From NCBI GenBank assembly GCA_013265495.1, contig MU058213.1:1240001-1304000 (forward strand): a DNA stretch of 64,000 nt, in the 5' to 3' direction. This document shows, in pieces, positions 12,216-24,179 of this stretch (positions within the stretch are counted from its first letter, which is position 1; each line of letters starts with the position of its first letter). A program made the translations under genes and the position numbers. The notes beneath the pieces were generated by a model. It was not told where the DNA came from. It saw only the letters and a program-made list of their open reading frames with translations, and did no database searches. Source of the DNA: Vicugna vicugna (Eukaryota).

Positions 12216-12246
12216 TGTGTGTGTATGTGTGCGCGCGCGCGCGCGC
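12153..12246. repeat. (GT)31 plus interrupted GT and (GC)8 microsatellite
   Basis: Read directly from the sequence. Confidence 0.97.
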
Positions 12247-15200
12247 CCTGGGGGGTTCCTATGTTAACTTCTGGGTTCTCGGGCTGTTCCGGCGGTTTCT
12301 TCATGGCCCTCCTGGTAAAGCACCCAGAGGCCGCTGCTTGCGGAAGGACAGACGCCGGCAGGGTGGACTAGGCGCACCAGTCTCTGCTATGGCCCGTAGG
12401 GACGCCCTCTTCCCGGCGTCCCTGCGAGAAGCCTCCAGATTTGAAAATCAATTCAGCTTCGGGCCTAATTGTTCGCTTCCTACAATCAGCTCCAATCCAG
12501 GATCGAACCTGGTCCTTGGGCCGGTGGGGACGCAAGGGGAAGCCCCCAGTGTGGGACGTATCACCCGGTTGCCACATGCCGCGGCTTTCTTTCATTTACA
12601 AAAGAAAGGAAAAAATCCGTAACAAAAGGCAGAGCGTGTCCGCTTAGGTGCTTTCATCCCTCAGAGAAAGGACAGATGTGCCCATTGTCCAACCCTTGGC
12701 AGTTACGACCCGGTCAGCTCCAAGCCTCAGCCCCGGGCAAGCGGTGGTCACAATGAGGGAGAGCTTCTTAAAGCCTGAGTATCTGGGCTTGGGTATGGAA
12801 AAAAATTTATGTGGACTCCACTGGGCCAAACTCAGACTCTATGTTCCTTTCCTGGGGCTCCCAGCGGTACCCACCACTGGTATCTCTGATGGAAATGTTC
12901 CCAGACCCTAGGAGAAACCAGGGTGGTGAGGTGGTAGTAGTAGCGACAGCTGAGTCCCTTAAGGCAAAAGCTTGGGCCAGTGAACCCTTGGGGGAAACTT
13001 CACACCAGCTAAGGCATGAAGAGGCCCATCTCTTTGCCCAGGTCCCTGCCACAACTCAGGCAACATCATGATCAAGGTAGGTCAAGGCCAATGGTTTCAC
13101 TCTACCTGACTTTCTTGAAAGTGGTCATACCCTGAAATCAGTTAACCTGGTTGGTTTCATCACCAGAGACACTTCTATTTGGTCTAAACAATGCCTATGG
13201 AAGCTCCGGAAATGAGGGTCTATCTCAATGGACTTAGCATCAACTTGCACAATGAATATATAGGAATTTAAAACCTCCAGAGAGTAAAAGGTCTTCGGGA
13301 AAAAATACACTGACATAAAGGAACTTAGAAAACAAAATTACTCTATTTAAACTTGTATCTACGTCTGTCTATTCGTACACACATACACACAAGAATAAAA
13401 CATATTTTTTGCCTAGTGGATCACAATATGTTGGTGGGAAGCTGATCCGTTGGTTCCTTATTGTTTCTGTTCTCTTTTCATACAACATAGAGCATGCAGC
13501 TCTCATATGAGACCAAACAATGGGTTAAAGTAGAAGGCAGACATTGGGCTAAACTGTTGCCACCTCATATTTTAATACCCCCCCCAATTGTTGCTTTGCC
13601 TTTATGACAACTCTCTTCCCAAAAGGCAGTTATTTAAAAGAAAGAAGTAAATACCACCAAGTGCACACGTTGTTCATGGTTTTCTCCTTGTGTAACAAAT
13701 TAGGGGCTTGATCCTGGAAACCCTCCTTCGTGTGAGGCTCCTGGCTGAGCCCCTGGAGTCTACCTAAAGAAGGTTGGGATCAAGTGAGCTCAACTCCTCC
13801 CCGTCCCCTTATGAAAATGGGTCTGGTTCTGTGCTGGTCCCTAGAGGAGGAGCCAAAGTAAAAATTTGTATAAGTATTATATATATTGGGTTAATGGGTG
13901 TGAAGGACTTGCTTTGGGAGTTTGCAAATCTCCCTAATCTTTCTTGGCTGTTGGCTATTCATGTCTTTTATTTAACCTTTGTTTTCCTGTGGTTGACTGC
14001 ATTGCAGTGTTTTTTTAGAAACATTTTATTCTTAAAGTCTTGGAAAACTTTCCTATTACTAAGAACATGTGATGGGTATGATGGATGCTCTTAGGCCTAT
14101 TTAGGGCGAATATGCATGTATGCATGTGTTGGGGATGGACACTAGACAGTTTGCCAGCTGCTGGAGGACTGGGATAGCTTTTTGTCATTTTGTCCCTCTC
14201 TTCCCTTCCTCCTTTCACTACCCAGCACCAGGCCTGGCACCCATCAGGTGCACTATGGAGGGTTAAAGAGCCAAGGAAGGGTCCCTTGAAATTACTTTAT
14301 GGGTCTTGTGTATGTGATTACAGAATACTGTAGAATTCTTTATAACAGCCAGGAAGTTCGAGGGGAGGGCTTATTGTCAGGTGGTCAGATTTCAAGTAGC
14401 TGCAGGGAACTTAAAGAAAAAAGAAATGGTGTCACCACTACATTTCATACACGTGTATATTTATGAAAAAGGGAAATAAGCCTATGGACTGGATGCTTGT
14501 GGCTGGCAATATTTTCAGAGTGGAAACAAAGATTTCAGACTGCTTATTTTGTAAATCTTGGGGTGCTGCTGGTGGTGGTCAGGCAGGTGCAATCCTTCCT
14601 GTGCTGTGTGATGCCATGAGGCTTAGAAAAGAGAATGAGAATAAGGTCTTTCCTCTAAATGCTGGCCACACAAGGTTTTCTGAGAACCTTCCATCAGTTT
14701 CAGAGTTACTGCTTTATTGCTCTTTGTGAGTAACAGAGATGTAACATATGGCCCAGTCCCAGTTTTCAAGACCATTTTAAAGAAATGTTTCTAGCCCCTC
14801 TGAGCCATCAAATGTTTACTTCCCATTTGTTGACCGCAGAAATAGCAGACTGAGCTGTCAGGGCAGTGTGCTTCTGGCCAGGCTGTCTTGTCTTCTTCCT
14901 ACCTCTGCAGAAATTTTATTCAAAAAATTGCTCTTGGCTTAGAATAAAGCACCAGAAAAATTCAGAAGGGAGTGGCCTGGTGATTCACTATTGAAAAATA
15001 TTTTAAAAGTTACTCAATAGCTTCTCTCCACTTTCTGGGGGCCAAGGGAGTGGTAACCAATTATTCTAGCCCTCTTCATCAATCTTTGATCTTCATATAG
15101 TTTTTATTCATCTGTTTGTTTAACTTTTTTTCTTTATAACGTAAGTTACAGTTTTTGCTCATGACTATATATATATTTTTACTCTGTGTTTTTGCACTCT

Positions 15201-15699
15201 CCTTTGTTCCATCTCCTACCCACATACTCCAAATCCCAGAGAAAATGCCCTGGTTGAAGGGCTCTTTGATAGCTCGTGCCAACTCCAGCTAACTCCAGGC
15301 TTTCGGAGATACGGAGGGTGGCCAGGGCAGCAGTTCCAGGACCTCAGACCCCTCCCCTAGCATCTCCAGTTACTTCCTTTCTTGGGCCATCCGATAAGCT
15401 TGTGGCAGCTTCTCTTGGTCTTAAATTTATTCCAACAGTAGCGCACTTTGGTGAGGGCTTTTCTAGTCCTCCAGCGAAAGCGCTAAAGGGAGAAGGGGAG
15501 TGTCGGTGCTGTGGGGCTGCGGGAGGGGTCCAGTGCTCCCAGGTGGGACTTTCTGGCTTCAGCATCCCGCTGCGGACTCTGGATGCAGCCAGCTAGATCC
15601 GGAGCAGGTGGCCTTCTCTCGCCAGTCCTTCAGTGTATTTTCTTTCTTCGTCTTATCTTTTTATTGTTGTAGTATATTACAAAGGAGACCTATCTGTGC

Positions 15700-16260
15700 T
15701 GCAGGGCTGCGGGAGGTGGTACAACGAATTTACCATATTTGGGGCGACGGTTAATACTCTTTTCCCGGTGCCGCCCATCTGGGGCTCCCTGGCCTCGCGC
15801 GCGGGGTAGAGAATGCCAGGGCTGGAGCCGGTGGAGGGCAGGGGCAAGGGAGAGGGGGAATCCTCGCACTGGTGCAGGTCAAAGCCATCTAAAGTGAGGA
15901 CAACTCAGAGCAAAAGGGGCGCGCGGAAGGCAAAGTCGGCTCACGACGGTCCCCAGGTGCACCGATCTCCGGACCTGGAGGACAGGAAAGACGGAAGTCG
16001 CCGGTCGAGGCCCAGCCGGGAGCCTAAGGCAGGCAGGGCGTGGAGCAGCCTCCACAGCCCCGGGCGTATTGCGGCCTCGGCGGCCGGGCGCGCGGCCCAC
16101 TTGGCGAGCTCCTCCACAGCCTAGCAGGATAATGCCCGGGCCCCGAGAGCAGCTGCACTTGGGAAGGAAAACTCTTTAAACAAATCATTTTGGTGTCTAA
16201 TCAATTAGTGTTTGCGAAGTCAAGTACCATAGATTTAACAGAATAATCGTTACCACCCTT
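15700..16260. promoter_or_regulatory. Upstream CpG island
   Basis: CpG-dense block ending in an AT-rich transcription-factor motif cluster. Confidence 0.6.
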
Positions 16261-18399
16261 GTCTTTATTTGACCCGCAGACACCTAGAAGATTTAAAAAT
16301 GGAACACCGGTGTGCTGGGCTCCTCATCCCTTGCCTGCACCTCCCTCCCTGGCTGCTGTGCCGGACTTTGTGTTTTCTCCAGGCCAGGCCTCCCGCCACT
16401 CCCCTCCTCACTTCATCTCTCCTTTCCTCTTCACATTTTCCACCCGTTTCCTTCTTTTTGTGCCCACCAGGCCCTGTCCATCTTGCATGTCTCAGCCTTC
16501 TCATGCCTTCACCTCCGTGGCTGACATGAGAACCAGCCTCCAGATATGGGACCCTTGGACTCTGGGCGAGCACCTGCCCTTTGGCCCGAGCGTCATCCGG
16601 GCAAAGGATTATGGAGTCGTCAGGCGCCCAGAAGTCTTTCTCCCATCCTCGCCCTCTAACCCTGAAAGCTCACCCTCTCACCCCTCTTCTGAACCTTTCA
16701 AGGCCCAAGGGGTCTTGTGCGTGTCCTTTAGCTTCGGTGGAGCTTGGAAAAGACCTTCACCTTGACGCGGTGGGATCTGCGTGCATCTCGGGGTCTTGCC
16801 CCATAAATGCGGTGACCCAGGGCTTAAGAGGCAGGTTGAGAAGAAAAGCTGAACGTGAGGCCTTACAAACCCCCTCCCCCAACTCCCAGCTAGGCGGCAG
16901 GGCCTGGAGGAGAGGCAGGTGTTGGGGGAAAGGCGTCCCTTGGAGGGGATGTGTTTTGTCTCTGAGGCATGCTTCTCTGGGCCGGCCAGTGCCCAAGGTC
17001 CACAAGGGTCGGGCCCAGGAGGGTCTCCAGGCACTTGTGAATAGCTGATCCTGGTGTCTCCCTCTCTACCTGTTATCTGTTTTCAGGACGAATTGGTGTG
17101 GGTGCATGTGTATGCATGTGCACATATTTGTGTAGGCGCTCTGACTGTGCTCCCTGCCCGGCCTCAGGCCAGCAACCCTGGGATGTAGGAACCTCTAGTC
17201 TTGGGCTAAGACCCAAGAGGGTTGTCAGGATGGTCACTAGGGCCAAGAGACCTGGATCCAGGGCTAGGAGGCGGTGGGGAGGGTGCAGGACTGGGGGGAG
17301 GCCCTGTGAGGAATTTTGGGGGTCAAGAACACCTCCACCTCTTAATTTCTCTAATTATCATTTAACCCAGCAGCAAGGTTAATAAGCCTGACATACCTGG
17401 TTAGTAGGTTGGTTAAATATGGAGGTAATTCTAAAAGGAGTAGGGGGGGACAGTGAGCTGGAGTTGAGGTCATCTCCCTACACTGCCAGCCCCCAGGGGC
17501 TCCTGGATGCCTCAGGGGCCTGGAGGGTCTTGAGCCCCTGGAAGTGCCTCATGGTCCTGAGAATCTTGCACTCACCTGAGAAACACCACTCTCAACAATA
17601 GATGATTATAATGTACTTGACTAATGCCTGTATTCTCCTGTTTAACATACATTAATCCAAGTAACAAAAAAAAAATCAATACTGCTAACAATATTGCAAA
17701 CAAATCCTAGTCTCTCTCACACAAAAACCTTGTCTGATTTTCAGTCACTCCTACTTACTTGAATTTTGTTATTTCTCCTAGCCCACTGATAGCTCTTGGC
17801 TAGCCTGGAATCTAGTCCTGGCTTTCAATTGCCTTTCTTTAAAAATTCTAATTTTTTCTTCCTTGGGGAGTTGGGGTAGGACCTGGCATCCTCCCAATGG
17901 CAGCCTCCTCCCTCCCAGAGGCTGCTGGAGGATTCTGAATTTACCTAAAACTTTGTCCCTTCCAGTACCAGTGAATGCCCAGAATCACTGCCCATTGACT
18001 TTAGATTTTGTTTTCCCTTCTTAAAATGCCCCCTCCCCACTATGTGGCAGCCCTCAGCCCATCTGAGGGCTGAAGACCCCATACTCCCTTCTCTCAGCCA
18101 ATCTGCCCCCACCATTGCCACCCTTAGTTAATAGCGGCCGTCGTTCTGGTTGGGAGTTTATTATGATTCTTATAATGATTTTTTTTTTAAATTGGTGTTT
18201 TCCACCTGGAAGGAACAAACTGAAGGGTCTGGCTAATGAAGGAACTTAGGTTTGCAAAAACACTGTAAATAATTTAGTATTGTATTTCAAGGAAAAAAAT
18301 AGCTTTCTTAAATCATCCTTGCAATATAAATTGCGACTTACAGTATGGTCCTGGTAAGTCTAAATTTTTAAAGGAGCAATATTCAAAGAGACATAGATG

Positions 18400-19600
18400 T
18401 CTGTATTAATTATTTATTCGCCGGTGCCTTCCTTCGTTTCTAACTTATTATTAATTAGGCGCCTCTAGTCTTTCGCAGAGCGCTCCACCGAGCCGGTTGC
18501 AGCTTTAAATATGAATTAAAAGCAAATCCAAGCTACTGTAATGCGAAAATTATTCCGTGTCTTGCATGGCAGAGATGAATAGCTGCGTGGATCAATACCG
18601 TGAAACTCGGCTCCGAACGACAGGGTTATTGATAGCTTATATTAATGATGTTAATGATGGAAAAAGGAAAACAACAGCCCACCCGACTTAGAAACTTTTT
18701 AGCCCCTGAAACCCCGCAATAAAAACGGGAAGGGGGCAGGAATTGGGCTTAAGTGTATTAAGAAAATTATTTATGAAACCGGATAAATGACTTCAGAGCC
18801 TTGATGCATTTGAACCTAACGCTCTCAGCTCCTGGCGGCCCCGGCTCCAGCTGGGGAGACCGCGAAAACCCCAAGCCGTGGGGAGCTGAGGGGTGAGGGT
18901 GGGGCCGCTCTGCCCGCCTCCACAGCCTCCGGTTTGCCTCCCCACTTCTCCCATCCCCGCCGGGAGAGCCCTCTGGGGCGCCGGTCGCAGGCGCTTTTGG
19001 ACGTTAGTGGAACAGTGTAGGCGCTAGGCTGGTTCCTGCTGTCCAGACGGGGACAGTGAGGCGGTCAGGTGCGCCCGGCAGCATGGACTTTGGCCCGATT
19101 TCTTCACTGGTTCTCTTGGCACCGGCTCCCAGAGAGGAGTCAAGTGCTTCAGGCTTAGGGCTTAGTGGGGCACAAATCTGCCTCTGCACTGCCGCTTCCC
19201 GCCCATCTGACCAAGGCTTTTCAGATCCCCAAAATGCAAAGGGGCGGCTGGGTGTCTGAGGGGTGCGTGATACTTGGATGAAGAGAAACTGCTCTAAACT
19301 GGGCAGGAAAATTGGGAAAGACGCCCACTTTCCTTCCGCGTGCCTCAGTGGATTCTTTACCAAGCACGGGGGGTTTACCTGGGTCTCGGCATCCAGCAAG
19401 AGGCAAGCGCGGGATCCTTGAAGCTGGGTTTTCTGGGAGTGGGGAGGAGAATGAGCGCGCTGGTTTGGGGCCCCAACGTCCTGCAATTCGACCTGGGCGC
19501 CGGCCCCCCTCCCACGTTGGTCCTAAATATCGACCTACTCTCCTAGCCGAAGGCCACTGAGTGGCGGGGTGGGAGGGGGAAGGGGGACGAGGAGCGAAAG
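18400..19600. promoter_or_regulatory. Upstream CpG island
   Basis: CpG-dense non-coding block. Confidence 0.6.
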
Positions 19601-21579
19601 GTTAACTACTGACCCTGGAGGACAGCGGAAAAGGTCAGAGCCCTAGGGTCACTGGAAGGCCTGAGGTTCCATTCCCCTCTGCAAGGCACCCTCCCCCAGC
19701 CAGGGTCCTGGGCCCTTGGAAGCAGTCAAGGGGCAGAGGGCGACCTCTGCCATTCACGGCTGGGAGTGTGGGGGCGTCAGCAGATGCTAAGGTAGCGGGT
19801 CCTGCAGGTCTTTTGGATGGGAACAGGAAGTTGGGGGGCTTTTAATTTATGCTCGGGACTGTCACTTGTTCCGCATTTCAAGAGGGAGTAGAAAACACCC
19901 GAAGCTTCAGGAAAAGTCCCAGGTAGTCCACCAGAGCAAACAATTTCCCTCCGAAAAATGGGGTAATTTTGCATTTCTTATTAGGTCTTTTAAAATCTGT
20001 TTCCCCTCTTCTTTTCCTTCTTTCTGCTTCACGTCCTTTTCACTTCTCCCTTTCCCTCTTCCTTCCATTTTTTTCTTTCCTCTCCACCACTTTTTTCTTG
20101 TTTTCTCACTCTTTCACTCCTTCCCTCCCTCCTTTCTTTCTGTTTCCACGTCATTCTTTTCTTCTCTGCCACTTTCTCCCCTCATTCGCTCCCTCCTTTT
20201 CCCTTCTATAGGTAAGCAGAGGGCCTGGCCCACCTCTCTGTACCTCAAGACTTTCGCATACAAGGTGCCAACTCCATTTGGCATTAACATCAAAAATACA
20301 ATCTTGTTTTTGAAAAAGAGAGCACCAGAATTCAGAGGGATTATTCATGCCTATGAGCCTTTTGGCATTAACTGGCATTCCCTGACACTTCTCAGCTGGG
20401 TCTTTGCAGTGTTCCAAGGCTGGCTAGCTCAGGGTCATGCTCCTTTCCTGAATATGGGGCTGCTCGGAGATTGCACTCCCCTTTGGGAAACAAGACCTTC
20501 TCAGCTATCTGGCTTCAAGTCCACAATCAACTACATGTTTTAGGCGAGCACCTGTCTGCCACAGTGCAGTCTTAGAGCTACACAATTTACCAACAAATGG
20601 CCCTTCCTCGGAAAGGAAATACAACAGACACTGCACAAAATCACTTGATTCTGGGAAAAAATCAATATCAAAATTAGGTTTATTGTCTGCTTATATGATT
20701 AAAAATGACAAAGTGTTGCCTTTTATTTTCATAAAAGGACAGAAGTCTGAACAAAATAATTTACTATTGAGTTCTTCTTGTTTCATTTGCCTGGCAAAAC
20801 CTGGAGTAGGATGAAAAAGTGGTTGGGAGGTACAATGGCCAGAGGCTCCCTGCGCAAGGGTGAGCTCACCATCGTAGGAGATGTGTGCTGCTGGTGAGAA
20901 GACATTTCTAAAGTCCAGTTTGTGGCAACGTGGGGCCAGCTGGGTAGCTCTTAGTTCTCCCTCATTCCAAAGAAATTCTCAGCCATTTGTCCCTTGCCCC
21001 TATCTTGTTTAGGTCCCAGTTTCCCAAAATGACTCTCAGGATGACACCGGCAGCACCAGAGCCTTCCTGGCTTGAGTGGTGGAGGCCTTCCAGATCCCCA
21101 TCTAGCCACCCTGGATATTCGATCCTAGGAAGCACTGCCTCCATCTCTTTGTGCGTGTGTCCCATCCGACCCACGGCTTGGCCTGGAGCAGGCTCCCTTT
21201 CCCGGAAGGCTCACGGGGTCCCAGAGTCTGGGCTGCAATCAGGAAAATGGGGTGTCCGAAACCACTACGGGCTGGATTCTGCAAGTGTGGCAGGTGATCT
21301 GCACATTCTAGGAAAATGACTGCATTAGGAATGAGCGCTGGGTATACCAACATCAGGGGTTATTTATCTACGTTAAAAACAAAAAAGAAAAACAAACAAA
21401 CAAAAATCCAGTGTGAATCTCAGCTTAAACTCTCTTCCCCTATACCCCCACCCCTAAAAGCCGAGTTAGAATCTACTCTCATCTGGAGTCTGCTGTTTTT
21501 GGGTGAGAGAGTCCAGCGTGCGAAGAGCACGGTCCCACTCATTACTGCCTTGCTCTAGAACAATGTGGCTTCCAAATGC

Positions 21580-22500
21580 GTGAGGGTTCGTGGAGGACGG
21601 CCCTAGAGAGAGTGCGAACAGCTTCACGCACAGTTAGCACCATTAGGAAAATAATTGCCTAGCCGGGTCCTTTAGAGCCCTAAACGCGCCTTCCGATTTG
21701 GAATTGGAGCTGTTTGGCGGGCTGCACACGCCGACTCATTTGTTTAAGTAGTTAGTTTGTTCTCCTTTTGTTCTGGAGCGGAGAGGGCTTATCTCCAGGT
21801 GGTTGAGAAAATGAAATTCAACCAAACGGTCTCCTCCAAGGAGTCCTCACGGGCCTGGCTTCTCCAAGGTCGTCCTGGCCTCCTCTTGGGGTCGAGAGTT
21901 TACGATGTAGCGGCCATGGATTACGTAGTACTGGGAAATGTCACCCGCCCGGCTGGGCGCCGACGCCGGGCTAGCGGTGGTCGAGCCCCGCTAGCTGTCA
22001 GGCTCGACGTCTCTCTCTTAGCCACGGTAGAAAGGGGCCCGTGCACCCTCGAGTCGGGGCACTTTGCAGCGAGACGCCCGAAGGGAGGTCGCGAGGGCGC
22101 ATGGGTCCCGACCGGCAGGTGGGAGGAGGCCACCCTGGGGAGCGGGAAGGCAGCTAGAGGGTTGAGGCGTCCAGCGGCCCCTGTTATGGGGCAGCTCCGG
22201 GGTCGCTTTCGGCGTGAAGGCAGATCCAGCCACTTGCTTCTCGGGAACAAACCTGGCCCCTCCTTTCCTCTCCCGGATCTCTACTTCTTTTCCCGAACTT
22301 CCTCCTTCTTTGGCCTTGAGTGCACCGAGCTGCAAGCCCTAGGGTCAAAGGTCAGCCCTTCACTAGGTGCGGGGCTCCTTTTCACTCAGCCACTGGCGCG
22401 AGCAAGGAAGTCGCCAGGCCTGTCATCTGGGGCTGGCGGCCCATTGCCAACCAAAGAGAGAACAGATGCTGAACTCAGAGCTCTCGCCTCCCATTCTTAG
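21580..22500. promoter_or_regulatory. Upstream CpG island
   Basis: CpG-dense non-coding block. Confidence 0.6.
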
Positions 22501-24179
22501 CCCTCTCTGATGACATGCGGTCTTGAAGAAGAAGGCAGTTTAATTTAGGAAATTATATCCAGGCCATAAAGTCACTCATCTGGATATTTTAGGAGGTTTT
22601 TTTTTGGGGGGGGGTGGTTAATGATTTCTGTAGGTTTCCATATTCGGGTGGTTTTGAGCACAGGATGGGCCACAAGAGCAGGCTTCCACTGTGTCATTTC
22701 CCTTGTTCTAACCCTGGCCAGATCTGGCAAGAAGTTGCCAGAAGGAGTCCAGGAGAGGCAAACGAATGCCCAGCCCTCCAAGTAGGCAGATCTGTTCCAA
22801 AGGGGCCGACCTTTCGCATGAGTGGGGGCAAGGCAGGCAAAGTAAAAAGCAGATCTCTATGCATGTTCACGTGGCCCAATGTAATGAACACATCTCCATC
22901 AATTCCTGGAGGCAAAGGGCTCAATTTACTTTGGTTTTAGCCCAGGAATGTCCTCAGCCTCAGCTCTGACTACAGAGCAGCTGAGTAGTTAGAGTTCTCT
23001 CTCCAACGAAAGCGATGGTCAATAGAATTCTCGGTATCAAATGAGCAATAATTTGCTGTGGCTACATGCTGGATAATGAAAGATGTTAGTGGGATCAATA
23101 AAAATGAAAACACTTTTACTTACATCTTGAGTTACTGTTTTAAGAGAGCAAGAGAGGGATGCAACAAACCCAAAACTAGGCTCAGAGCATCTCCAGACCC
23201 TCTCAGACCCACAAAGCTCTGTCACCACCAGTCTTTTTGCCACCAGGACCTCTAACTTCCTCCTTCTGTGCTCGCAGGCAAGTAAGTTATTTATATCAAA
23301 TTAACCCCTTAGAAGCCGGTAATGGTTTAACTGTCAGGGTTTTAAATTTTGTTTTTTCCTACAGGCAGAAGTAAATTTTAAATTGTTTTCCACCAAAACT
23401 AAACTGGTCGTAGTTTACCGAAAAAGTAGGAAAGCATCCTGAAGCTGATTTGTTCTTTGAAATGCCTCAAAATGTGCACTTGACCAACATACCCAGGAGG
23501 GCCTGTGTTCTTTGGTTGTGCATAAAGAAAACATAGGTAAAATAACAGATTTAATTCCTTTTGATTTCTTATGTGTGGCCATTAAATCTGGAAAATTCAG
23601 ACCTCAAAATCACTCTTTCCAGACTAGTTAATACCCTCATCTTCTTTCATAATCATTTCTTCTGTTCAATGTGTTTTCAATTTGTATTGGGTTTATTTGT
23701 ACCTTCCAGTCTGCCTTTCTCACCATTCAATCCCAAATGCTTCCTTACGTATTTGGTCCTTAAGAAAGCTATTGCAAAACGACCAGGAAAGCATTATAGA
23801 TTTTTTTTAAGATAAAAGACTAAAAACATGAAAAAATTATCCTGAGCGCTCGGCATGAAACAGACGAAACGAAAAAGCTCGTGGTGGTCAGACAGCTGCT
23901 GGCATCCGAGCCAATATAAGCAAAGAACATTGGGATATGTGTGTTTGGCTGCTTCTGTGGATTTGAGAAGCCTACATTTTCTCACCAATTAAAATAAAAG
24001 ACGAATTTAGCCGCCGCTTTATGCTGACCAGAGGAGCTGGTTCTGCCATCGAGATAGCGGTCAGTGTTGCTAGGACAGTGGCCTGTGATCATCTTTAGTA
24101 GGTATGGGCTGGATTTGGAGAGACAGCCAAGCAACCTGGGAGATTCAGAAAGCGGGAACCAGCCTAGGGAAGTGTAGAC

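Larger units (their letters stand above)
9880..12500. promoter_or_regulatory. CpG island over ONECUT1 exon 1 and promoter
   Basis: Very high GC and CpG density, GC boxes (11296-11320), CRE-like TGACGTCC near 11565, E-box CACGTG near 11609. Confidence 0.9.

Noticed and set aside
18048..18072. 10-bp perfect hairpin cagccctcag/ctgagggctg
   Set aside because: About one such stem is expected by chance in 64 kb.
19866..20543. 225-aa Phe/Ser/Leu-rich ORF
   Set aside because: Translation of the polypyrimidine tract.
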